A stretch of 64,000 bases of DNA from Candidatus Omnitrophota bacterium (GTDB lineage Bacteria; Omnitrophota; Gorgyraeia; B26-G9). Under the pieces are notes generated by a model. It saw only the letters and a list, made by a program, of their open reading frames with translations. It had not been told where the DNA came from and searched no databases. Shown here in pieces: positions 1 to 9,887 of this stretch (within the stretch, counting starts at the first letter, position 1; each line of letters opens with the position of its first letter). Position numbers and translations under genes: made by a program. The DNA lies in NCBI GenBank assembly GCA_043814605.1, contig JBDRJV010000037.1:163902-227901 (forward strand), read 5' to 3'.

Positions 1-14
1 TACCCATTTTTTAT

Positions 15-515
15 TTGATGATAACTTTAGCTTTGTTTAACATTGAAAAAAAAATAATTCGTTTTATTTGTTCTATGCTCTTAGTATTTTTTATTGTATT
101 ATCACTTTCTATTTATTATTTTGATCAAAAAACATATAAAGATGACTGGAGATACCTTACCAGCTATGTTTTGAAGGATTTGACTGCCGATGATTACATA
201 TTGTTTCAGGGAGAATATGCGCATGTTCCTTTTCGCTATTACACAAAATTATTAAAAAAGAATAATAAAAATTTAGCGCAGAATAAAATTTATAGTAATA
301 CCCTGCAAAGCGCAGACGGATCTTTAGAGAGATTTTTAGCCGATAAAGATAAAGGGGAATTAAAAAATAAAAAGCGAATATGGCTGATTAGTTATTATGC
401 TCTTGAAGAAGAGAATCAGAGGCTTAAAACTTATTTCGATGGTCAATATAATTGTGTAGAAAAAAATACAAATTTGGGCAGAAATTTAAGCCTGTTGTTG
501 TATACAGCTAAATAA
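15..515 (+). CDS. hypothetical protein; the reading frame is open to base 1, so this may be the 3' part of a longer gene that starts upstream of the window
   Basis: ORF of 166 aa with one N-terminal hydrophobic segment. No motif recognised. No upstream stop in frame. Confidence 0.3.
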   Translation: MMITLALFNIEKKIIRFICSMLLVFFIVLSLSIYYFDQKTYKDDWRYLTSYVLKDLTADDYILFQGEYAHVPFRYYTKLLKKNNKNLAQNKIYSNTLQSADGSLERFLADKDKGELKNKKRIWLISYYALEEENQRLKTYFDGQYNCVEKNTNLGRNLSLLLYTAK

Positions 516-581
516 TTAAATTATTTTTTAACCGGGGTTATTAATCTCCGGTGAATATGTGCAAGTGAAAGGTAAAATATA

Positions 582-1634
582 ATGATCAAAAAAACAGAGA
601 AAATTCTATCTTTTATCCGTTGGCAGGATTGGGGGCCGGGAAAAATCCCGGTATTTTGTACTTTGCTGGCTTATATCGGAATTGCCAGCCGTAATGTTTC
701 TAACCTTTTTACGGTTAAATTTATTTTATTTCTTTTCTTTGCTTCCGTTCATTCAGCATCAGGTTATATCATTAATGACTGGGGAGATCGAAAAATTGAT
801 AAATTACATGGTAAATCAAATGCTTTTGAAGGGTTGAGTTATTTTAAAAGCTGTTTGATTTTATTTTTGTTATTTATGATTGCGTTTATTTCCGGGCTTC
901 CGTTTGTGCATAAGGCATTTTTTATCCCCTTATGGATTGCCTGGGCTGTTTTTACCGTAGGTTATTCTCTTAAACCCTTACGTCTTAAAGAACGGGGGAT
1001 AGTCGGACTGGGTGTTTCGGCTCTAGCCCAATGGACGCTGCCGATATTAATTGTTTTTTCGGCGATGGGGCGGTTTGGACATTGGGATATGATTGTTTTT
1101 GCCATTGTAAATTCGATCAGTGGAGCTACACTAGAAATTGCGCATCAACGCCATGATCGCAGTCATGATCTGGGAACTCAAACTAAAACATTTGGGGCAG
1201 TAACAGAAAATAGAACATTAGATTACCTTTATGCGATAGCTGTATTTTTTGATAAAATTGCTGTTTGTGCTGTTTTGATTACTATTCTGATCGGGATTAC
1301 TCCTTTGGACTGGACTTCCGGTTGGAATAAACTTGCTCATCCCTTGATGATTATTTATTTAATTTTATTTTTTATCTCTTTAATCGAAACGATTCGTGCT
1401 TCGAAAAATAACCAGGTTTTTGATCCATATTATTCAACAGCACGCAGTGCTAATAAATTTTTACATGAAACAATGCCTAATCTCATAATTCCTTCTTATT
1501 TATTACTGATTGTAACTATTTATCATCCCACTAATGGAATTTTACTAGGGATTTTTCTCTATTGGCGTTTGGTAATCGGTAAAGCTGATTGGAAATGGCC
1601 ATTACGAATGATTAAGAAATTATGGAAAGGATAA
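582..1634 (+). CDS. UbiA-family integral-membrane prenyltransferase
   Basis: Polytopic membrane protein. It has the Asp-rich motif NDWGDRKID (NDxxDxxxD) and a later DRSHD (DxxxD), which are the two signature motifs of UbiA prenyltransferases. Confidence 0.6.
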   Translation: MIKKTEKILSFIRWQDWGPGKIPVFCTLLAYIGIASRNVSNLFTVKFILFLFFASVHSASGYIINDWGDRKIDKLHGKSNAFEGLSYFKSCLILFLLFMIAFISGLPFVHKAFFIPLWIAWAVFTVGYSLKPLRLKERGIVGLGVSALAQWTLPILIVFSAMGRFGHWDMIVFAIVNSISGATLEIAHQRHDRSHDLGTQTKTFGAVTENRTLDYLYAIAVFFDKIAVCAVLITILIGITPLDWTSGWNKLAHPLMIIYLILFFISLIETIRASKNNQVFDPYYSTARSANKFLHETMPNLIIPSYLLLIVTIYHPTNGILLGIFLYWRLVIGKADWKWPLRMIKKLWKG

Positions 1635-4261
1635 ATATTAGTCAGGTTCATATGGAATTTAAGCAGAATAGATATATTAAATGGTTAAAGAATGCGACAA
1701 TAAATGATTTTGCATCTATGGGTGCAAAAGCAACAAATTTATCAATTTTAATGCAGACGGGATTTCCCATTCCCGATGCTTTTTGTATTAACACAGACGC
1801 TTTTAAAGATTTTATCACAAGCCTGGACATTATGAACGGGGATAAAGAAAATAATCAGCTAAGTAAAAAAATTTTATCAGCACCGATTCCTCCAGAAATA
1901 AGAACGGTGATTTTAGGAGCATATCAGCTTTTGAAACAAAAATCCGGGGATAAAATTCTTGTTGCGGTACGGTCTTCTGCTTTAGATGAAGACTGTGCCC
2001 AAGCTTCATATGCGGGCCAATATAATTCTATTTTGAATGTCAAGTCCGAAGATGAGCTGATCAATGCACTGAGACAATGTTGGAGTTCTTATTTTTCATC
2101 GCGAGTACAGGCTTACCGAGTTCAAATATCTAAACAAAATGATTTGGCCATGGCAGTTATTGTTCAATTAATGATTTCCTCAGAACTTTCCGGGGTAGTT
2201 TTTACGGTTAATCCGCTGGACAAAAATGATCAATGTTTATCTATAGAAATGGCCAGAGGTCTGGGGGATAAACTTGTTTCCGGAGAAAAAACAGGGGATC
2301 ATTTACTTGTGAATAAACGCACTTTAAAAATTGTATCGATAAATAAAGAGCGTAAACATCTAAATTTAAACTTTTCTCAAAATATTAAAAATTTTGATTT
2401 AAACCCTTTATTTAAATTAGCGGTTAAAATTGAAAAGCGCATGAAGTCGCCTCAAGATATTGAGTGGGCCTATGTAAAAGAAAAATTCTGGGTTTTACAA
2501 TCAAGGCCGATAACCTATTCAGCGCAATTAAATAATAGAGAAATCTGGACTCGTGCAAATGCTGGGGAAATTCTGCCGGATGTGGTTACGCCGCTTACTT
2601 GGTCAGTTTTTAAACCAGTTTTAAAATTAGCAGGATTTTTTATGAGCCGGTCCATGTTGACTCTGCACTGGAATTGGAAACATGCGCATGATAAATTTCC
2701 TGATTCTCCCCAATTATTCAATGGTAAGGCTTATATGGAATTAACAAGCGTGTATGCTGGATTTGCTAGTTTTCCCGGCATTACTGCGGACATTTTACAT
2801 AAAATGCTTGGTTTTGAATTTAATCTATTATCGAAAAAAGAACTGCCGCTTCGGTCTCCCCGTTGGCAGATAATGGATATTTATCGGGGGATATGCTATT
2901 GGCTGGAAATTTTAAATATTACTAATTCCCTGGCTTGCAGATCAAGGCGGTTTATTAATAAAGAAAGTTCTGATATAAAAAATTATAAAAAGGATGCTAA
3001 AGAGTTATTGGAAGCAATTAGGGTATTATTGTCAGATACTGCTTTAGTGCTGGGATTGCATGTTCAATCTACGGCAATGACTTTTAGTGCATTTGGATTA
3101 ATCGATGCTTTAGTAAAGAAGATTGTTGATTACCAGACAACGCAGTTATTTGAATCGGCTTTAATCTCAGACTTTAATTCTATTAGCACAGTGCAGCAGA
3201 ATATTGCAATTTGGGAACTGGCGCAGAAGATTAAAAACAATGCGATAATTAAAAAAGCGGTTTTTGAAAAGCCTACAATGAAAGAAGTATTAAATTCTTT
3301 GCAAATGAATCCCGCGGCACGTGATATTGTTAAACTTTGGGAGGAATTTATTGCTCAATTTGGAGAACGCAGTACACAAGAATTTGAACTAGCAGTTGCT
3401 CATTGGAATGAGAATGCAGATTTTATTTTACAGACAATCAGGGATATTATTGCCTCGGATACTCAAAACCCGCGTGAAAAATTACAGCAGCAACAGCTTA
3501 TTTGTAATGATGTTATCCAGAAGACAAGGCTGCAGATAAAAGAAAAATGCTCATATCTAGATTCATGGTGTTTTAGCCGGTTATTAGAGTTTTATAAGAA
3601 AGGAATACCTTTAAGGGAAAATCTCAAATATTGTGTGGTTACAAAGTTTAATTTACTGCGGAGAATATTCCTGGAATTAGGAGTGATTTTGAAAAATAAA
3701 TCCTTACTTTTAGATCCAAATGATATTTTTTTTCTGGAACATGAAGAAGTGCGGCAGGTTTTTGACAACTTGTCTGATTCAGTGATGGACATTAACTCTT
3801 TAGTGATCCTGCGAAAAAAACAATACAATCAGAACAAAAACAGTTTTCATGCTGACCTTTTTTTCTTACAAAATGGACAAGTGGTTCCAGTGGCAACACA
3901 TCTAGGGGAAGCAGAGAATATTTTATGTGGTATTGGGTGTAGCCATGGCCAGTTTACCGGGCCGGCGTATGTGCTTAATTCAGTATTAGAGAATGTTGAG
4001 GTTTCTTCAGGACACATCTTAGTTGCGCCTTCGATTGATCCCGGGTTAACGCCTCTTTTTCTTACAGCTTGTGGGTTAGTGACGGAAGTTGGAGGGATGC
4101 TCTCTCATGGAGCAACAGTTGCACGTGAATATGGGTTACCGGCAGTTGTGGGAGTTTCTGGTGCGACGAAACTTATTAAAACCGGACAGATTATAACTGT
4201 TGATGGAGTTACGGGAAGAGTTTATTTGGAAGTAGATAAGAGAGGGGTTAGTCATAAATGA
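1622..4261 (+). CDS. PEP-utilising enzyme family phosphotransferase (PPDK N-terminal PEP/pyruvate-binding domain plus C-terminal mobile His domain; PpsA/rifampin-phosphotransferase-like)
   Basis: N-terminal GAKATNLSILMQTGFPIPDAFCINTDAF matches the PPDK_N ATP-grasp consensus. C-terminal GGMLSHGATVAREYGLPAVVGV matches the PEP-utilizers mobile-domain consensus. It overlaps the upstream gene by 13 bp and the downstream gene by 4 bp. Confidence 0.75.
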   Translation: MERINISQVHMEFKQNRYIKWLKNATINDFASMGAKATNLSILMQTGFPIPDAFCINTDAFKDFITSLDIMNGDKENNQLSKKILSAPIPPEIRTVILGAYQLLKQKSGDKILVAVRSSALDEDCAQASYAGQYNSILNVKSEDELINALRQCWSSYFSSRVQAYRVQISKQNDLAMAVIVQLMISSELSGVVFTVNPLDKNDQCLSIEMARGLGDKLVSGEKTGDHLLVNKRTLKIVSINKERKHLNLNFSQNIKNFDLNPLFKLAVKIEKRMKSPQDIEWAYVKEKFWVLQSRPITYSAQLNNREIWTRANAGEILPDVVTPLTWSVFKPVLKLAGFFMSRSMLTLHWNWKHAHDKFPDSPQLFNGKAYMELTSVYAGFASFPGITADILHKMLGFEFNLLSKKELPLRSPRWQIMDIYRGICYWLEILNITNSLACRSRRFINKESSDIKNYKKDAKELLEAIRVLLSDTALVLGLHVQSTAMTFSAFGLIDALVKKIVDYQTTQLFESALISDFNSISTVQQNIAIWELAQKIKNNAIIKKAVFEKPTMKEVLNSLQMNPAARDIVKLWEEFIAQFGERSTQEFELAVAHWNENADFILQTIRDIIASDTQNPREKLQQQQLICNDVIQKTRLQIKEKCSYLDSWCFSRLLEFYKKGIPLRENLKYCVVTKFNLLRRIFLELGVILKNKSLLLDPNDIFFLEHEEVRQVFDNLSDSVMDINSLVILRKKQYNQNKNSFHADLFFLQNGQVVPVATHLGEAENILCGIGCSHGQFTGPAYVLNSVLENVEVSSGHILVAPSIDPGLTPLFLTACGLVTEVGGMLSHGATVAREYGLPAVVGVSGATKLIKTGQIITVDGVTGRVYLEVDKRGVSHK

Positions 4262-5472
4262 AAAAGACGGATATCGTTATTGTCGGAGGTGGCATGGCGG
4301 GGCTGTCTGCTGCGGTAATGCTTTGTGAAAATTCAAAGTTTAATGTAACGCTTATTGAGAAAAGCGGTATTGGCACCAATGAAACAACCAGAGCTGTTTT
4401 TGCCGAGGTAATAAAAGAGTTTAGACTTAAAGAAAGTGTGCTGAGAAACTACTCGCGGTATGTTTTTCATAGTGCATTAGGAGCTCAAGCTACTTTTGAT
4501 TATAAAAAAAACGCCATGGTGGCAATTGATTATAAAAAAGCCTGTAACCAATTATTTGAAAGAGCTGTGCAGCATGGTTTAATTTTACTTAAGCAAAAAG
4601 CGATTAATTTTTCTTCTTCATCACCAGATTCTCCTTTAGTGCTCCATTTGGATAATAGCGAAACGATACAAACGGAAATATTGATAGATGCTTCAGGGGT
4701 TGCGCAATGGGCGGCTCAATGTTTGCATATTCCGGTATCACGGTATTATAGTGTGAGTTTTGGTGAACTTTTAGAAAATTGTCAAATTGAAGATATCCAA
4801 GCATTTCGGTTATTGGCACCGTACAGCCGCTACGGAAATGGGGGTGGATGGGCATACCCCCTAACCAATAAAACTATTAGTTTCGGATATTCTATTGTAA
4901 CCGAAAAGCTGGATGCTGATGAGGCTAGTTTAAAAAAAGGATATTTCGAAGCAAAATCTAAATTCGAGCCCTATGCAACATGGATGGGTAATGCGGTAAA
5001 AATAAAAGAAGAAGCCGGCATTATTCCTGTCGGACGTATCGGGCGATTTATTGATGAACGTGTTTTAATTATCGGGGATGCTGCCGGACAAGCAAATCCC
5101 TGGGCTATAGAAGGATGCCGTCCGGCTCTTTTAAACGGGCGTTTGGCAGCAGAAGTAGTGATAGAGGCTTTTGCTAAAAACAAATTTAATCGTTCATTTC
5201 TGATGTTGTTTGAGCGGAAATGGAGCCGTAATAATCGAGAACGCTTTTGGCGTACCGAAAGTTCTGCGGACATTACCTGGTTTAAGACATCGGATGTTCA
5301 GTGGGATAAAATAGTAACTTTACAGAAACGTGTTGCTCCGGAAGTACAGTTTGAATATTTAAAGGAAAACAGAGCCTCATTTTTAATAACTGCTTATGCC
5401 GTTGCGGGTTTTATGCGGCGGGTTTTAGTAAAAAAAATAAAATGCGTTTTAAAAAAAATATGGAAGAGATAA
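4258..5472 (+). CDS. FAD-dependent oxidoreductase, geranylgeranyl reductase family
   Basis: N-terminal dinucleotide fold IVIVGGGMAGLSAA. The motif VLIIGDAAGQANPWAIEGCRPALLNGRLAAE aligns to the GGR/ChlP C-terminal signature. Length 404 aa. Confidence 0.65.
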   Translation: MKKTDIVIVGGGMAGLSAAVMLCENSKFNVTLIEKSGIGTNETTRAVFAEVIKEFRLKESVLRNYSRYVFHSALGAQATFDYKKNAMVAIDYKKACNQLFERAVQHGLILLKQKAINFSSSSPDSPLVLHLDNSETIQTEILIDASGVAQWAAQCLHIPVSRYYSVSFGELLENCQIEDIQAFRLLAPYSRYGNGGGWAYPLTNKTISFGYSIVTEKLDADEASLKKGYFEAKSKFEPYATWMGNAVKIKEEAGIIPVGRIGRFIDERVLIIGDAAGQANPWAIEGCRPALLNGRLAAEVVIEAFAKNKFNRSFLMLFERKWSRNNRERFWRTESSADITWFKTSDVQWDKIVTLQKRVAPEVQFEYLKENRASFLITAYAVAGFMRRVLVKKIKCVLKKIWKR

Positions 5473-5488
5473 TTAATTTTTTGATTGG

Positions 5489-6805
5489 ATGGTTATAAAA
5501 ATGGGAAAAGAAGTTAGCCAGAAACGTGCATTGTTTTTGCCGGGATATTTCGGTAATGGATTTGGCCATGTAGGCAGGTGTTTGGCATTGGCGGATGAAA
5601 TGAAAAAAGAAAACTGGAAAGTGGGTATGGTTTTAGCAGGGCGTTATTGTAAATTAGTAAAAGAGAATGGATATGATCTGTTCTCTCCCATATTTCCGAA
5701 AAGACCAAGCACAAAATTTAGTGATCAGAATACTCCAGCATTTACTTATATAAAAGATGGGAGCGGTCAAGTCCTCAGAGATGGATTAACAAGCCTTTGG
5801 AAAATAAAAGCAGCAGTAGCAGAGTTAATGTTAATCGTTAAAAAATTCCGTCCGAATGTACTAATCGGCGATATTTCCTTATTAACCTGGATATTAGGTA
5901 AAAAAGTAAATTTACCGGTAGTACAGATAATTCGTTCGATTATGTATCCGGGGCGATCTAAAATAATCTGGTGGCAGGATCCGCCGCAGGGCATGGAGTC
6001 TCCGAATATAGCAGCGGTTTTTAATCCGCTGCTGGAAAAATGGAAAATTTCCGCAATAAAAAGTGTAGACTATTTATTACAAGGTGATTTATATCTTGTC
6101 CCGAGTATCCCGGAACTGGAGCCATTACCGGATAATGTAATAAATACGCATTATGTGGGAGCGATGGTATATAAACAAAAATTTAAAAATAATTTACCCG
6201 AGCCCTTATTAAACGATAATCAGAAACAAAAGGTGTATATTACAATGGGGGGCGGTGCGGGCGGAGTTGGGAATCTGAAGTTTTTTGAAATTATTCATAA
6301 AGCTTTTTCCCAAACTCCCTGGACGACAATTGTATCTACCGGTAAAAATTTCAATCCTAAAGATATCCCGGAATTATCAAAGAATATTTATTACTCTCAA
6401 TGGGTTCCTGGCCCAGAAGTGATCAAACGGTCCGATTTAGTAATTTTCCCGGGGGGATACGGAACAATGATGGAGACCATAAAATTTGGGGTGCCGAGTA
6501 TTATTGTCCCTTTCCACAGTGAACAGGAATCTAATGGACGTCGGATTGCAGAGAATAATGCAGGGTGCTTATTAAGTTCTGCGGAAAAAAGTGATCGGGA
6601 TACACTTATCCCTTACAAATGTAAATACGGGAAATTTGTCGGATGTATCAGGAAAGAATTTAATTTAAAACCACATGTTTTAAATGACTCCGCGGAAAAT
6701 ATTTTAAAAAACTGTGAATATAAAAAAGCGGCAATGCGCTTAAGTTCCTTAGTAAATAAATTTAATAGGGAAAAAGCAGTAGAGTTAATTAAAAAAATGG
6801 TTTAA
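5489..6805 (+). CDS. GT1-family (MGT/UDP-glycosyltransferase-like) glycosyltransferase
   Basis: C-terminal PGGYGTMMETIKFGVPSIIVPFHSEQESNGRRI matches the GT1 donor-binding signature (HGGxGT ... DQxxNA-like). Confidence 0.6.
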   Translation: MVIKMGKEVSQKRALFLPGYFGNGFGHVGRCLALADEMKKENWKVGMVLAGRYCKLVKENGYDLFSPIFPKRPSTKFSDQNTPAFTYIKDGSGQVLRDGLTSLWKIKAAVAELMLIVKKFRPNVLIGDISLLTWILGKKVNLPVVQIIRSIMYPGRSKIIWWQDPPQGMESPNIAAVFNPLLEKWKISAIKSVDYLLQGDLYLVPSIPELEPLPDNVINTHYVGAMVYKQKFKNNLPEPLLNDNQKQKVYITMGGGAGGVGNLKFFEIIHKAFSQTPWTTIVSTGKNFNPKDIPELSKNIYYSQWVPGPEVIKRSDLVIFPGGYGTMMETIKFGVPSIIVPFHSEQESNGRRIAENNAGCLLSSAEKSDRDTLIPYKCKYGKFVGCIRKEFNLKPHVLNDSAENILKNCEYKKAAMRLSSLVNKFNREKAVELIKKMV

Positions 6806-6828
6806 TAAATTATAAAAAAAGGTTAATT

Positions 6829-8292
6829 GTGAAGATTACACTTATTTCTTTTGATGAAGAGTTATATTGTTTAGGGATAAGGATACTATCTTCCTGCTTG
6901 CGGCAAGCCGGGCATGAGGTACAATTAATTTTTTTACCGCCCATAACTAATCCTAAAGAGAAAAAGTTCATATTCAAATACACAAAAGATTTACTAAGAG
7001 CTCTTTTGCAACAATGTAAAGGCTCAGATATTCTGGGCATGTCTCTAATGACAAATCAGTTTATTTTAGCTATGGAGGTGACAAAATTTTTAAAAAATAA
7101 TCACATAACCGCACCAATTATCTGGGGGGGTATTGAGCCGACAGTTGAACCAGAAGAATGTATAAAAATAGCAGATATTGTTTGTATCGGTGAGGCAGAA
7201 GCGGCAATAGTAGAATTAGCTGGAAGGATAGAACAAGGAAAGAGTTTTTTAGATGTTAAAAATTTCTGGTTTAAAGATAAGGGTAATATTATCCGTAATG
7301 AAGTAAGACCACTTGAACAAAATTTAGATAAGCTGTCTTTTCCAGATTATAGTTGTGAAGATCATTTTCTGGGTTATGGAAATACTATGGAATCATTAAC
7401 AAAGGAAAAATTGATTAATTTTCCGGGAGAAAGATTTTCGGCAAAGAATGGCAAAATACGTTATCCGGTGATGACAAGCAGAGGTTGCCCTTTTGCCTGT
7501 ACATATTGTTGTAATAGTGTCTATCGGAAAATCTACCCAGGCCAAAAACTGTTAAGATGGAGAACTCAGGAACATGTCATTAAAGAACTGTGTATGGTCA
7601 GGGATAAACTTGCGCGATTAGACATGGTTTTTTTTGTGGATGATAATTTTACGGGCAGGGCAAATATTGATTTACAAGAATTTTGTTCAAACTATGCCAA
7701 GCATATCGGAGTGCCGTTTTTCGCTCAAGTAAGTCCGTTAACGGTTGACAAAGAAAAGCTGGAGATTTTGTTTAAATATGGATGCATCAAAATTACAATG
7801 GGTGTTGAAACGGGAAGCGAACGAGTTGCCGCGATGTATAACCGTAAACATTTTCATAAAGCTGTGCCGGGAGCGATTAAATTTATTGAAGAATATCGTC
7901 CGCAAATGAGTTTACCGCCGACATATCAGTTTATTATCGATAACCCTTTTGAATCACAAGAGGAAACATTAAAAACTCTTCACTTAGCAATAAGTTTGCC
8001 GCGCCCCTGGAATAATCCGATTTATTCTTTAATGCTTTTTCCCGGGACTGAGTTATATGACAAAGCAGTTCAAGCGCAGATGATCAGAGATAAGTATAAC
8101 CAAATTTATGCAAAAAACTGGGTAGAACAAAGTAACCCATACTTGCAATTATGGATTAAACTTTATCGAAATAACTTTCCCCGAATTTTCTTGCACTTTT
8201 TGATTATTCCTTTAATCGTTAAATTAGGGATGAGTAAACCGGTGAGTGCAGTTTTACGTATGAAGATTCTTAAAAAATGGATTTGTATTTAA
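6829..8292 (+). CDS. B12-binding radical SAM enzyme (class B rSAM)
   Basis: GTG start. N-terminal Rossmann-like B12-binding region. CxxxCxxC radical-SAM motif in SRGCPFACTYCCNS. Confidence 0.75.
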   Translation: MKITLISFDEELYCLGIRILSSCLRQAGHEVQLIFLPPITNPKEKKFIFKYTKDLLRALLQQCKGSDILGMSLMTNQFILAMEVTKFLKNNHITAPIIWGGIEPTVEPEECIKIADIVCIGEAEAAIVELAGRIEQGKSFLDVKNFWFKDKGNIIRNEVRPLEQNLDKLSFPDYSCEDHFLGYGNTMESLTKEKLINFPGERFSAKNGKIRYPVMTSRGCPFACTYCCNSVYRKIYPGQKLLRWRTQEHVIKELCMVRDKLARLDMVFFVDDNFTGRANIDLQEFCSNYAKHIGVPFFAQVSPLTVDKEKLEILFKYGCIKITMGVETGSERVAAMYNRKHFHKAVPGAIKFIEEYRPQMSLPPTYQFIIDNPFESQEETLKTLHLAISLPRPWNNPIYSLMLFPGTELYDKAVQAQMIRDKYNQIYAKNWVEQSNPYLQLWIKLYRNNFPRIFLHFLIIPLIVKLGMSKPVSAVLRMKILKKWICI

Positions 8293-8354
8293 ATTATTTT
8301 TACCGGATTGTTAAAATTATATATTTTTAGAAAATCAGTAAAGGAATCAAGAAA

Positions 8355-9887
8355 ATGGAATTGAATCCCGAACAAAGTAATAATGCTGCCAATAATAGCC
8401 ACTTTTCCCAGGAGGTAGTTAAGGGAGGTATTTGGGTTTTTATGGCGCGAGTTTTTAACCAAGGACTCGCTTTGCTGAAGCTGATAATTTTAGCTCGGAT
8501 ATTAACGCCTGCGGATTTTGGAATTATGGGTATTGCGCTTTTGATTATCGCCACAGCAGAACGCTTTTCTCAAACAGGCTTACAGCAAGCGCTGATTCAA
8601 AAGCCAAAACAAATTAAAGATGATCTGGATACTGCCTGGACAATTTTGATTATTAGGGGGATTGTTTTATCTTTGATCATATTTTTTATAGCCCCCCTTG
8701 TGGTAAAATTTTTTAAAATAGAACAAGCCAGCGGGATTATCCAAATCATTGGGTTTTCAATTCTTTTACAAGCTTTTAATAATATCGGTATTGTGTTTTT
8801 TTATAAACAACTAGATTTTAAAAAGCAGTTCATCTATCAAGTTGGCGGAGATTTTACGGAATTTATTGTGGCAGTAATTCTAGCGTTTAAGTTGCGCAGT
8901 GTCTGGGCGTTGGTCTTAGGGCTTTTAGCCGGCAGGTTTGCCGCCCTTATTTTAAGCTATGCAATACAATCTTACCGGCCAAAACTTAGCTTGCGATTTG
9001 ATAAAATTAAAAAATTACTGGGATTTGGAAAATGGGTTACCGGATCAAATATTGGTGTTTTTATCGGGGGATTTTTAGATAATATTATTGTGGGAAAATT
9101 GTTAGGTGCGGCATCTTTAGGATACTATCGCATGGCGTATCGGATTTCAAATATGCCGGCAACTGAAATTAGTTATGTTATTAGTCAGGTTACTTTTCCA
9201 GCCTATGCGAAAATACAACATGACAATCTGCAATTGAAGAAAATGTATTTAAGAATATTGCGGCTGACATTGGTGGTTTGTCTGCCTGTGGTAATTATGA
9301 TTGGATTGCTTTCTTCTGATTTCACAATGGTCTTTTTAGGTTTAAAATGGCGTCCGATGATCCCGGCAATGCAGTTATTAGCTTTTGCCGGTTTAATGAA
9401 ATCAATTGTTTCAACCGGCAGCCCTTTGTTTGTGGGCAGCGGTAATCCTAAATTTGAATTTCATATGCAAACTGTGAGAGCTTTAGCAATGATAATTCTG
9501 ATTATTCCGCTGACCCTTAGGTTTAATATTTCCGGGGCAGCTTTAACCGTAATTTTCAGTATGATTGCGATGTTTATTGTTTGGTATTATTGTACCGGTC
9601 AGATAGTCAAGATAACCGGAAAACAGTATTTTAAAATTTTGAAATATCCGCTAATTGGGGGATTATTAATGAGCGGGATGATCAGCCTGAGTTTGAAATT
9701 GCTGGGTTTAACTGAAAAATCATTGTTTTTTGGAGGAATGCTTTTATGTTGTGTGGTTGTCTTGGGGGTGATTGCTTATTTAGGGGGTATATATTTATGG
9801 CAAATTAAGTGTCATGATTTTGAGCTTAATCAGGATTTTAAATTTATTTTTTGTACAGTAATTAAAAGGAAATCAGGAAGTTTATGA
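8355..9887 (+). CDS. oligosaccharide/polysaccharide flippase (Wzx-like, MOP superfamily)
   Basis: Twelve or more predicted TM helices. Overall resemblance to the polysaccharide biosynthesis protein family. Confidence 0.6.
   Translation: MELNPEQSNNAANNSHFSQEVVKGGIWVFMARVFNQGLALLKLIILARILTPADFGIMGIALLIIATAERFSQTGLQQALIQKPKQIKDDLDTAWTILIIRGIVLSLIIFFIAPLVVKFFKIEQASGIIQIIGFSILLQAFNNIGIVFFYKQLDFKKQFIYQVGGDFTEFIVAVILAFKLRSVWALVLGLLAGRFAALILSYAIQSYRPKLSLRFDKIKKLLGFGKWVTGSNIGVFIGGFLDNIIVGKLLGAASLGYYRMAYRISNMPATEISYVISQVTFPAYAKIQHDNLQLKKMYLRILRLTLVVCLPVVIMIGLLSSDFTMVFLGLKWRPMIPAMQLLAFAGLMKSIVSTGSPLFVGSGNPKFEFHMQTVRALAMIILIIPLTLRFNISGAALTVIFSMIAMFIVWYYCTGQIVKITGKQYFKILKYPLIGGLLMSGMISLSLKLLGLTEKSLFFGGMLLCCVVVLGVIAYLGGIYLWQIKCHDFELNQDFKFIFCTVIKRKSGSL

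Noticed and set aside
1648-5273. Minus-strand ORFs of 60-100 aa (1648-1830, 2515-2721, 3592-3828, 4604-4855, 4971-5273)
   Set aside because: Each lies entirely inside a well-supported + strand gene (PEP-utilising enzyme, GGR-like). They have no RBS or recognisable motif and are antisense shadow ORFs.
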